Assembly (NCBI GenBank): GCA_963762565.1
Contig: CAVXLD010000012.1
Span: 513,697-577,696 of the forward strand
Source: an uncultured Verrucomicrobiae bacterium
GTDB taxonomy: Bacteria; Verrucomicrobiota; Verrucomicrobiia; Chthoniobacterales; JAFAMB01
DNA: 64,000 bases
Direction: 5' to 3'
Shown: piece after piece, positions 10,540 through 19,819 of the stretch
Layout: each line of letters begins with the position of its first letter
Numbering within the stretch: the first letter of the stretch is position 1
Position numbers and translations under genes: made by a program
Notes under the pieces: generated by a model
Told to the model about the DNA's origin: nothing
The model's input: only the letters and a program-made list of their open reading frames with translations
Database searches by the model: none

Positions 10540-10995
10540 CTATTCACCTTCAATCGCGAAGCTTTCGATATACTTCGATGATTGTTGCTGTAACGGCTTA
10601 AGCTTTTGGAACTGTGGCGAAGAACGCCACCGTTCCGCATCGGCCAGACTAGGGAATTCGATCACCACGACTCGCTGAGGAGCGCGTCCATCAAATACCA
10701 CTGCTTTCCCGCCACGCGCCAAGATTTTACCGTGGTAAGTCGTAACCACTGCGGCTGCTGCCTTCCCATATTTCTGGTATCCAACCGGATCAGTCACCTC
10801 AATATTCGAAATCACAAATGCAGGCGGCGCCTTAGCCTGTCCTCCCTGGAGCCCGCTAATGGCGACAATGCCCATACCAACGCCGGCCAGAGTTGCCGTT
10901 ACCGCTTTCAATTGAATCTTCATGGCGATGGCAATCATGGGCAATTTGATAGGAAATGAGAAGTCAGGACTCTCAACGGCCGCTGTGTCTGACAT
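10540..10995 (-). CDS. DUF1330 domain protein (true start probably internal, about 10923)
   Basis: YHGKILARGG..VFDG..PQRVVVIEFPSLADAERW.SS. Confidence 0.8.
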   Translation of the reverse strand: MSDTAAVESPDFSFPIKLPMIAIAMKIQLKAVTATLAGVGMGIVAISGLQGGQAKAPPAFVISNIEVTDPVGYQKYGKAAAAVVTTYHGKILARGGKAVVFDGRAPQRVVVIEFPSLADAERWRSSPQFQKLKPLQQQSSKYIESFAIEGE

Positions 10996-11047
10996 GTTTC
11001 CGCCGGATCCTATCTGCGTAAATCCGTGTTCATTTCACCCCGGAGGA

Positions 11048-11695
11048 TTAGAATATCCGAGTCTCCTGAAGAGAGGGAGGGTTATCAACGGGCGTACCCG
11101 TTGATCCCCCGAGCTGCCACGCCCCGATGCGCACGGTCTCACCGCCGGTGATCGCCACCTTCGCGTAGAGCGTCTCTTCGTTTAGATAATCCCGCGTCAC
11201 ATAGTCATTAAAGTTATCGAGCACCCTCTCCCGGCTAGGCCAGGTGAAACGGCAAAAGACGTAATAACTGCCGGGTGCGACGTGGCCAAAGCTGAAGTTC
11301 CCGTCGCCATCGGTGGTGGTTTTGCGTACGAATTGCGTTAGTCGGGGATCAAGCACCACCTCGGTAGGTGCATTTTGCCAAATGATACGAGCGACTTCAT
11401 CCGTATAGGCATTGGCCGGCATCAAGCCCACCGCGAGGTGATGCGCCACCCGGGTCTGCATCGGTTCCCAATGTGGATCTCCCATGTACCCGACGGCCCG
11501 GCCTGTGATGGCGGCGGAACCGGAAGATCGGATCAGGGCGAAAGCGGCCTCGTTAAATGGCGTAGCCATGTTCTCGCATGCAGCGAGGGCGAACAGCAGC
11601 AGTGGCCAAGTTATCGGCCTCGCAAGCGAGGCAGCGCTCCACGGGTGTCGCGTCTTCGCGGCGTTTGAGGTCTTCCACCAATCACTAATCACCAA
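11048..11695 (-). CDS. Hypothetical lipoprotein with a carboxypeptidase-regulatory-like fold; 5' end overlapped by repeats, start uncertain
   Basis: LLLFALAAC lipobox; TTTDGDGNFSFGHVAPGSYYV. The upstream codons come from REP and heptamer repeats. Confidence 0.6.
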   Translation of the reverse strand: MVISDWWKTSNAAKTRHPWSAASLARPITWPLLLFALAACENMATPFNEAAFALIRSSGSAAITGRAVGYMGDPHWEPMQTRVAHHLAVGLMPANAYTDEVARIIWQNAPTEVVLDPRLTQFVRKTTTDGDGNFSFGHVAPGSYYVFCRFTWPSRERVLDNFNDYVTRDYLNEETLYAKVAITGGETVRIGAWQLGGSTGTPVDNPPSLQETRIF

Positions 11696-11792
11696 TCACC
11701 TTTCACGCTCTTCCGTGCTTTGCGTCCCTGGCCGACATAGCTAAAGGGGGAGATGGGGCGACGTCTGCTTTGGGCGAGATTTTTCTTCGTCT

Positions 11793-12053
11793 TTATTCGT
11801 CGCTATTGCCGCGCGCGATGCCGTTCAAGCCGCTGGCTACGTTGCAGCCTGACCCGTTTTGCCGAAAGATTTGGCGCTGCTGATACCAAGCCGAGCGGTA
11901 CTTAACAATCCAGTCCATCAACGCACGCTCAAAGCCGATATCGTACCCGGCTTTTTCGCTTTCGATCCATTTGTGTCGCAAGATTTCCGCTCGTTCGGCT
12001 AAAAATTCCTTATACAAGGATGAATTCCTAACCAGCTGAGAGACTTCTTCCAC
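11793..12053 (-). CDS. DUF4032-like small protein (copy 1)
   Basis: SSLYKEFLAERAEILRHKWIESEKAGYDIGFERALMDW; conserved paralog at 35441-35701. Confidence 0.75.
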   Translation of the reverse strand: MEEVSQLVRNSSLYKEFLAERAEILRHKWIESEKAGYDIGFERALMDWIVKYRSAWYQQRQIFRQNGSGCNVASGLNGIARGNSDE

Positions 12054-12537
12054 GGGGGTGTAAAACTAGTTAGGGACACTAACGTCTTCCAATACTTATT
12101 TCGAAGTGTTACTAGACCTTCTGCGTATGGAAAAGAAGGTAAATGTTCAGGGCAGGCCTCTCACTTCCCACCTTTTATTGCTGCCAACGGTTAGTCGACA
12201 AAAGCGAAGAACGGCACCGGCCCGCGGCTTCAAATGCTCGGCAGAACTGTCCAAAGTAAAAAGACATGAGCCTATTTCTTCCCGTCTTAAAACCTCAACT
12301 TACAAACGGAAAGATCTCAAAGGTCACAAAGCCAAAAGACTTCTTACAGAAGCTAACGAAGCAAACGAAGGGTTGTGAAACGCTAAGCTAAACCCGGGCC
12401 GAAAACCCCTTCGTTACCTTCTGTATCACCTCTGTTGCCTCCCTTACCTCCTGTTCAAACCGTCTGTCTTTGTGGCCTTTGTGATCTTTCCGTACTGTAG
12501 GAATCGAATTGGGCAACACGCCTTTAAAGGCGTGACC

Positions 12538-12702
12538 CTATGTGTTAATCAGGAATTTCTGGAGAGGATCCCAATAGTGCGCTTTCCAGCCCGATGCGAA
12601 ACTCTCCGCGTCGCCTTTAGGGAAGCCGGTATGATCAAATACGATTTTGGTTTCGCCGCCTTGTTCCACGAGTTCGAACTTCACAATCGAGTAGACGCCG
12701 AA
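12538..12702 (-). pseudogene. C-terminal fragment of an SRPBCC/AHSA1-domain gene
   Basis: GVYSIVKFELVEQGGETKIVFDHTGFPKGDAESFASGWKAHYWDPLQKFL; the N-terminus is missing and replaced by the DAC gene region. Confidence 0.65.
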
Positions 12703-12762
12703 TAGACAAATCCCCTGAAAGCAAGAAGAATGCAGGATGCACAAGAAGTATAACGGAGAAAG

Positions 12763-14544
12763 ATGAGTTGCCAGCCGATCACCTACCTCATGTGGAAGTA
12801 TCAACCGCATTTCAGAGCTGCAGCGAAACACTTTGCCGAAAGGGTTTTCAAGGATCTAGATCAACTTTTCGAGCCGCAGCTATTTCTGGTTGGTATTCTC
12901 GCTGATAGAAATCTGCAGCGTTTTCCCGCCTGTGTGGAGCCGGAAAAAGACTTTTGGATTCACTCGGAACGTTTCAATGGTGTGCTGGCACTAGCCCAGA
13001 CTCTGAACCCGGCATATCCCGAAACCGGAATGCCTCAATCCCATCCTCTGGCTCAAGAGCGGCAAAATAAAACCTTATTCGATCGATCAATCCGTGATGC
13101 TATCAGGGAGACGATTGAGACGGAGTCATCAGCCAGCTTCAGTTTACGCTACTTCGTCTCACTTCCGACCAGGGTAGAAGGTTACCTGGTTTGTACGGTT
13201 CTCGGTTTGCAGCGCGAGGTAGTTCGTGCGCACTATGAACTGAAGCAATCTGTGGTCCGGATTCATAAACATAGAAATGCTGAGGTGGCGGTGTCGTTAA
13301 TTGACGCTGCCGCAAAAGAGTTTCTCGAGCGTTTGCGCCAGGAGCTTCTGAAACCTGATCCTGGCCTCGGCGAACTCGAGGTCGATCCGGAAGATATTAT
13401 CTGTCTCGCTGGCCGGTCGCTCTGCAGAGATACGGTCGCGCGAATCGATCAACGCCGAATTGAAGGCATGCATGACCTCTTTAACGCATGCTCGACGATT
13501 TCATCTCTTGGATACGAGAAATCGGTGGCATCGGGGCGTATGATCCTTTGCCGAAGGGATCACTTGTCGCTAAACCCCCGGATCTCACTGATAAAGCCGG
13601 AAAAGCTATCTAGATACCGGGCAGCAAGAAAACTTTTCCAGCTCGCATCCGGCGATCTCTCCCTGCATTCGGATTCCGAGGAGGTTTTTGGTTTAGTATC
13701 GCTTCGGGACTACGACGAAACCCAAGAGGACCTCTTTGAGATGCAGGTACTTGGTCATCAGCATTGGGAACTAAATCACGCTGGCAAAACGCTCATGAAA
13801 GTGGGGTACGGTATACCGTCTTTGCCGCGGTTGTCCTTTCATGAAGCCAAGCTACGGAGTGATTTAGCAAGAATCTTCAGATCAATAAGTCCAGAAGATA
13901 CTAGTCGCCTGGTGACATTGATCCGGGCGGCTGAGGAAGTCTCGCACGGCGCCCTTTTGATCATCAGTGAGAATGCTGCCGCTGAGGCGCATCGCCTGCG
14001 AAAAGAGGGGATGCCGGTCGATGCGTGCTTACTCACGCCCGACCTGTTGCGACGTCTCACCACTATCGACGGAGCCATTCTGCTGTCGCCTGATGGCATG
14101 TGTCACGGTTTCGGGACAATTCTGGATGGAATGGCTAGTGAGAGCGGCGATCCTAGCCGCGGGGCTCGCTTTAATTCTGCGCTCCGTTATGTAGAAGCAG
14201 CCTGGCCCTGCTTGGCGGTCGTGGTGTCACAGGATAGCGGAATTGACTTCATTCCAAACCTCCGGCCGGCTGTTCGACGGTCGGCTATAGATAAGGCAAT
14301 CGCCGAAATCAAAGAATTGAAAGGTGCAACCCTGATAAGGAGGGACCGATATGATGCCGCTCTGGACTTTCTGGATGAACACCGCTTTTACCTTCGGAAA
14401 GAAGATTGCGATACCATCATTTCAGTAGTCGAATTTGTCGAGGCAGCTCTCCGGAAGCAGGACAGAACAGGAATCTGGATCATCAGGCAGAAATTCGTAC
14501 CAAACCTTCACCTGGATGAAGAGTTATATTACCAGAAAGAATAA
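12763..14544 (+). CDS. DisA_N/DAC (diadenylate cyclase-like) protein with large N-terminal domains
   Basis: HGALLII...IDGAILL...ILDG...RGARFNSA...VVSQD match the DAC fold motifs. Confidence 0.75.
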   Translation: MSCQPITYLMWKYQPHFRAAAKHFAERVFKDLDQLFEPQLFLVGILADRNLQRFPACVEPEKDFWIHSERFNGVLALAQTLNPAYPETGMPQSHPLAQERQNKTLFDRSIRDAIRETIETESSASFSLRYFVSLPTRVEGYLVCTVLGLQREVVRAHYELKQSVVRIHKHRNAEVAVSLIDAAAKEFLERLRQELLKPDPGLGELEVDPEDIICLAGRSLCRDTVARIDQRRIEGMHDLFNACSTISSLGYEKSVASGRMILCRRDHLSLNPRISLIKPEKLSRYRAARKLFQLASGDLSLHSDSEEVFGLVSLRDYDETQEDLFEMQVLGHQHWELNHAGKTLMKVGYGIPSLPRLSFHEAKLRSDLARIFRSISPEDTSRLVTLIRAAEEVSHGALLIISENAAAEAHRLRKEGMPVDACLLTPDLLRRLTTIDGAILLSPDGMCHGFGTILDGMASESGDPSRGARFNSALRYVEAAWPCLAVVVSQDSGIDFIPNLRPAVRRSAIDKAIAEIKELKGATLIRRDRYDAALDFLDEHRFYLRKEDCDTIISVVEFVEAALRKQDRTGIWIIRQKFVPNLHLDEELYYQKE

Positions 14545-14919
14545 CGTGTCTTTAGCCCCTTCGCCGATTCATCGTTGTGGAGCGCGCCTCGCTTGCGAGG
14601 CCGACATTGAGCGGGTGGCGACATAGAGATTGGGCTACGGCGGACAGGCTGTCCTCGAATCCGGCCACGCGGAGTGATGGAGTGTGGGAGTGTTGGAGTA
14701 GTGCGCCAAGTCCGAAAAGCATCCGCCTTGGCGGATTGGAGAAGCTAAAGGGGGAGATGGGGCGACGTCTGCTTTGGGTGAGATTTTTCTTCGCGTTTCT
14801 TCGTGTCACTCGCGATCCCTATCGGCTATCGGAATGCGCCATCTGTCATTTGTGATCTGTCATGCGCTTCGCTCCCTTCAGAGTTGCTATAAGCCGGTCG
14901 CGAAAGCTACGATCGCCGG

Positions 14920-15231
14920 ATGAAATCCAAGAAATCTAGGTTTCTTCTCTGCGGGGTTTTGGCAGCTTTACTGCCGGTTTCTGCGGGCCAGGCAGCGCAG
15001 GATTCGGCGTCGGCGTGGCATCCGACGACTTTTTTTGAGGCAGTCATAGCCTCCATCGTTTTCGGCGCAGTCGGGATCGTGCTGGCTGTCGGAGGTTTCA
15101 AACTGTTTGATCTGGTGACGCCGTTCAATCTCGAAAGAGAGATGTGCCAAAACAAGAATATCGCTGTGGGAATCCTATGCGGAGCGATCGTCATCGGCGT
15201 TTGCCACATCATAGCAGCATCGATGAGCTAA
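14920..15231 (+). CDS. DUF350 membrane protein
   Basis: FDLVTPFNLEREM...KNIAVGIL. Confidence 0.8.
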   Translation: MKSKKSRFLLCGVLAALLPVSAGQAAQDSASAWHPTTFFEAVIASIVFGAVGIVLAVGGFKLFDLVTPFNLEREMCQNKNIAVGILCGAIVIGVCHIIAASMS

Positions 15232-15259
15232 GAGCCCGGACTCTAAGTTTTTCACTCTG

Positions 15260-15514
15260 GTGAAGAAATCCCGAAGCGTCGTTCTGTTGATCACCGGATC
15301 GGTCGTGCTCGCCTCTTGCCAACAAAAGCCGGGTGCTTCTGAAGATATGCTCGCGACTCCGACTCCTACGGCAACGCCGGCGTCCTCATCCTCCAGCTGG
15401 CATTATTTCTGGAGGAGTTGGCACATCCATTCTTTCTTCGGAAGTAGTTCCTTTTTCAGCGGTATTCTGCGCGGCGGTTTCGGGTCGCATGGTAAAGCCA
15501 GCATAGCCACCTAG
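15260..15514 (+). CDS. Small lipoprotein, YgiB/DUF1190-like by position
   Basis: KKSR + hydrophobic segment + LASC; C-terminal RGGFG; abuts the Gsp synthase gene. Confidence 0.65.
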   Translation: MKKSRSVVLLITGSVVLASCQQKPGASEDMLATPTPTATPASSSSSWHYFWRSWHIHSFFGSSSFFSGILRGGFGSHGKASIAT

Positions 15515-15515
15515 C

Positions 15516-16628
15516 ATGGAACGCATGACCACCGATCCTCGCCCCGGCTGGCAGGCCAAAGTGGAAAAACTTGGTTTAAGTTTCCATTCTGCAGATGAAA
15601 CTTACTGGGACGAATCGGCCTACTATCTATTTACTGCTGCCGAGATTGATACGCTGGAAGCAGCGACTAACGAACTCCACCGAATCTGCCTTGAGGCGGT
15701 TCAGCATGTCATCGATGCAAACCTTTTTTCACGTTTTCAAATTCCGGACCGGTTTGTACGCCTGATCAAGAATTCGTGGGAACGAGAGGATCTATCGCTT
15801 TATGGACGGTTCGATCTTGCTTTCGAGGGAAAAACGGCGCCGAAAATGTACGAATACAATGCGGATACACCAACCTCGTTACTCGAGGCGAGTGTTATCC
15901 AGTGGCATTGGCTGGAGGAAAGGTTCCCCGAACGTGACCAATTCAATTCGATCCACGAGAAGCTCGTTGCGCGCTGGCGAGAAGGCGGATTGGACAGTTG
16001 TGTCCACTTCGCCTGTATCCGCGATCACAGCGAGGATTTTGCCACGACGGTGTATATGCAAGACACCGCCATCCAAGCTGGGTTAGAAACAAAACGCTTG
16101 TTCATAGATGAGATCGGCTGGAACGGACGGCATTTCCTCGATTTGGAGAATGCCAGGATAACAACCTTGTTCAAACTGTATCCATGGGAATGGTTCATCG
16201 ACGAGCGGTTTAGTCCTTACCTTCTCCGGGAACCATGGCAAATCATCGAGCCAGCCTGGAAAATGGTATTGAGCAACAAAAACATCCTGCCCCTGCTATG
16301 GGAGATGTTCCCTAATCACCCAAACCTACTACCGGCCTACGCCACACCTGACCGACTTGGCGGCAGCCACGTCAAGAAGCCGGTATTCGGCCGGGAAGGC
16401 GCCAACATCACGATCACAACCGACGGAACCGAGATTGGCACGGGCGGCGACTACGCTCAAGGCGCCTATATTTACCAGGCGCTCATGCCACCGCCGAAGT
16501 TCGATGCCGTTTGTGCCGTCATCGGCTCCTGGATTGTGCGCGATGAGGCAGCGGGAATCGGCATCCGGGAAAGTAATGTTCCCATCACGGAGAATACCAG
16601 CCGCTTTATACCTCACCTTTTTTGTTAG
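15516..16628 (+). CDS. Glutathionylspermidine synthase family ATP-grasp protein (YgiC-like)
   Basis: YGRFD, EYNADTPT, KLYPWEW, EPAWK..LSNK, KKPVFGREG and SRFIPH. Confidence 0.92.
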   Translation: MERMTTDPRPGWQAKVEKLGLSFHSADETYWDESAYYLFTAAEIDTLEAATNELHRICLEAVQHVIDANLFSRFQIPDRFVRLIKNSWEREDLSLYGRFDLAFEGKTAPKMYEYNADTPTSLLEASVIQWHWLEERFPERDQFNSIHEKLVARWREGGLDSCVHFACIRDHSEDFATTVYMQDTAIQAGLETKRLFIDEIGWNGRHFLDLENARITTLFKLYPWEWFIDERFSPYLLREPWQIIEPAWKMVLSNKNILPLLWEMFPNHPNLLPAYATPDRLGGSHVKKPVFGREGANITITTDGTEIGTGGDYAQGAYIYQALMPPPKFDAVCAVIGSWIVRDEAAGIGIRESNVPITENTSRFIPHLFC

Positions 16629-16715
16629 TTTCGGGCGAAGGAATCTTCCGCTGTAGCTCCTATTCGTTATTTGCTATTTGCTATCCGCGGAGCGCTGCCT
16701 CTCACCGGTCACTTT

Positions 16716-17345
16716 TCACCGGTCACTTTTCACGATCCGCCACGATGGTTCCGTACTAAAATGGCAAATGATCAGTGCTTTCATATAGGCTTCCATATCA
16801 GCTTGTTTGCTGGTGGTAGGGAAAATTGTTTGCTGGAAATTCGTTAAGGCCGGTCGGTCCCGCCAGAATGAGGCGGCTAAAAAGCGGTCCGGGCTATGAT
16901 CTAGCCGGCATATCAAAGCACCTAACATTCCGTCGGCACCTTCTAAAGCGGGGTTCCAGATCTGCATTTGTCTCGCCACGAAAATCGGGGAACTATCCGG
17001 CTCCAAAGTTGCATCAGTGATTCGGACGCACCCGGCCGATTCAACCAGAAACCGTGGATCCGATTCGCCAATTCGCATGATCACAGTGGCAACGCTGGTC
17101 TCAATTCGCGCATAAGTCTCGGTCTGTGGCATAGCCAGATCGTCATGACCAGTCTCCAAGAACCGGCGATAGGTTCCCGGATCGCGCCAGATGGCTAAGA
17201 TACCAGCCTTTGCCGGAAATGAGTCAAGCCATCCACCCACTTGACCCATGAACCCGTCGTAGCGTATTAGCTCCGCCCATCGTCTTTGCGCTTGATCGAA
17301 GGCCGCCCGATCCGAAGCCTCTGCTACGATCCATTTCACGAGCAT
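16716..17345 (-). CDS. DUF4937/YdbC-like protein
   Basis: MLVKWI...AFDQAQRRWAEL..YDGFMGQVGGW...HD; duplicated ABM-like halves. Confidence 0.65.
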   Translation of the reverse strand: MLVKWIVAEASDRAAFDQAQRRWAELIRYDGFMGQVGGWLDSFPAKAGILAIWRDPGTYRRFLETGHDDLAMPQTETYARIETSVATVIMRIGESDPRFLVESAGCVRITDATLEPDSSPIFVARQMQIWNPALEGADGMLGALICRLDHSPDRFLAASFWRDRPALTNFQQTIFPTTSKQADMEAYMKALIICHFSTEPSWRIVKSDR

Positions 17346-17362
17346 GACGCTCTACCTTGCGA

Positions 17363-18143
17363 CTAGATTTGCGTCCAGTCTAGCGTCTCCTTTGACGCAC
17401 GGCGTAGCGCTGTCTGTTGATCTTGATCCCCTCGAAGTAGCTTCCGCATCTGGGCCACAAACTCAGTGCTACCCAATAAGACCGTGTACTTCAGACGGTC
17501 TTTCCAGTCCGTTTCCCAGTCCCCGGTTGCCGCCGCATCGCGGAGTTGGCGGCGAAAGGTCTCTTGACGCTTTCGCTGTGAGCCTTGGCCGAAGCACTCC
17601 AGAATTGCCTGAGTACTTAGCCAATCAACCGGAGTTCTGGTTCCGGCAAAGTATCCGTAAGAACTCCATGGAAATTGCTCCAAGATCTCAACCCGCTGAC
17701 GAGCCAGCTCTTTGGCGATCTCAACCTCCGAGCTTGCCCAACCTTCGTGACCGCCAGCGGCCTTAACCCGATCCGGATTGAGATGGATATAGCGGTTGAT
17801 AATAACCGCTTCGTCCGGTTCATGCAGAATCGCTTTAAAACGCCCCTGAAATAACGGACCAACCCGGCTGTACTTGCGGTTTAACCAAACGCTATAGCCA
17901 ACGTTGAGCCAATGCATAGCCCGCCCTGAGGTTGGCTTCTGGCGTCTCGAGCTGCAGATGATAATGATTCGGCGTCAGCACGTAGCCATGAAGCTTGACC
18001 CCGAACCGTCCCGGCAACGCGCTGAGTAGCTCCAAAAACCTTTCGTAACAACGCTGAGAACGGAAGATAGACCGTTTCTCGATGCCGCGGTTGAGCACGT
18101 GATACCAGGCGCCTGGGAAATCAATCCGGGTCGGTCGAGCCAT
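17363..18143 (-). pseudogene. REP-associated tyrosine transposase (RAYT/Y1_Tnp), frameshifted at about 17925 and C-terminally truncated
   Basis: MARPTRIDFPGAWYHVLNRG...NHYHL in one frame, then GPLFQGRFKA...RYIHLNP...WSSY in another; paralog of 50748-51776. Confidence 0.88.
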
Positions 18144-18355
18144 CCGGATTTTGTGCCAACCGCGGGTCAAAAACTCAAGACGATTCTGTGTAATGTATAG
18201 ACGCGACCCCTTTAAACCCCGCTTGGAGGAGGCAAAGCAGAAGGATTGTTTTGGGATCTACATCGCTCATGACCGGCTTAGGTGGCGCCCCGGTCTCCCT
18301 GTGAAACATAAGCTCGCCCGCGCACTTCGCGAATAGCAAATACTCCTTCTTTGCG

Positions 18356-19554
18356 TCAGATCAGCGCTTGATAAACCAGATTAATAAAGCGCTCGAAGAG
18401 TGCGTGCTCGTCGTATGGGAGATGTTGGGTAAAGACGAGCATGACGAGTTCTTCTGCCGGATCCACGAGGCATAGGGTGGTCAATTTGCCGGCCCAGCCG
18501 AAGGAACCGAGTGTTCCCAGGGTACCCACCAGACCATTGTTTATACGAACGGCAACCCCGAGTCCTAAACCGTATCCCTGGGCAAAAGTCCGATTCGTAA
18601 TGCGTAACCCGCCCAGATGATCGACGGTCATTTGCTCGAAGGCTTTTCGGCTCAAGATGCGAACCCCGTTTAGCTCGCCGCCATTACAAAGCATTTGTCC
18701 GAAACGGCTGTAGTCTTCGATCGTTGAAAACAAGCCGGATCCACCCTCGGCAAATTTTTTTACCCCGTCGCTGACTTCAAACTCAAAACTCTCGACCGGT
18801 TGAAGCTCGCCGTTTTTGCCATGTTCGTAAACCTTGGCCAAACGATCCCTCTTGGCTTGGTCCACCACGAACCCGGTATCGACCATCCCGAGTGGGTCGA
18901 ATATTCGTTCCTTGAGGAAGTGATCAAACCTCGGCCACTCACGACCTCGACCACCCGCGCCAAAATGTCCATCGAAAACCCGTATTCATACATGGTTCCC
19001 GGCTCTCTTTTCAGCGGTAGCGCGGCTAACATCTTCACCAAATCTGCTAGTGACTCGGCTTTCTCCAGGCCGGCGGATCGATAGAGTTCGTCGACCGGTC
19101 CTTCGTCATCGCCGTAACTGTAACCGGAGCTGTGAGTAAAAAGATGATGGACGGTGATCGCGACTTCCGCCGGGATTAGTTCCCGGTGTTGGGCCGTGCC
19201 TCCAACAAAGATCTTCATATCGCTGAACTCGGGAAGGTAGTCTTTGATCGAATGCGATAAGCCCAATTTCCCTTCTTCAATGAGGGTCAGAGCCGCCACA
19301 CCACTAACGATCTTCGTGAGGGAGTAGATCCGCGCGATGGTATCGCTTCTCATCGGTTTTCCCTGTTGCCGGTCTCGAAGTCCGGCGGCAAAGAAATCGG
19401 CTACCTCGCCTTTGCGAAGCAAGAGAGCACAAATACCGGCATGCTTCCCTTCGTCTACGAACGACTCGATCCGGCGATGCAGCCGTTCCAGGCGTTGAAC
19501 AGAAAAGCCAAGTTTCGCGGCGCCAGCGTTAGAAGCCGTTGCAGCAGTAGTCAC
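18356..19554 (-). pseudogene. Beta-lactamase-like serine hydrolase, single frameshift at about 18930 (possibly a sequencing error)
   Basis: YSLTK (SxxK), LFTHSSG and YEYG, then FDHFLKERIFDPLGMVDTGF, GGSGLFST and FGWAG in the next frame. Confidence 0.85.
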
Positions 19555-19819
19555 GCGGGCAACCTATGAAGGAGTTCGCGAAGTTCAAGGAGCTAACAGT
19601 CCGTGATTGGTGCCTTTATCTCTTAAGCGTCGCCCAAGAAAAAGACACGGTCGATCCAAACCTAGCTGAACAGCTCGGAGCGCTCAGTAGAAAAACCGAC
19701 GAGGCATACAATAACGGCGACACCACCACCGGCTCAAGCCGCAACGCCGTCTCCGGCGCCGAGTCCTAGCAACCAATAGTATCTTGATACGCAGAGGTAA
19801 GAAACGGGTAGGACATTTG

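Noticed and set aside
19566..19769. 67-aa plus-strand ORF between the hydrolase and GH31
   Set aside because: No recognisable motif and only 11 nt from the divergent start; cannot be supported.
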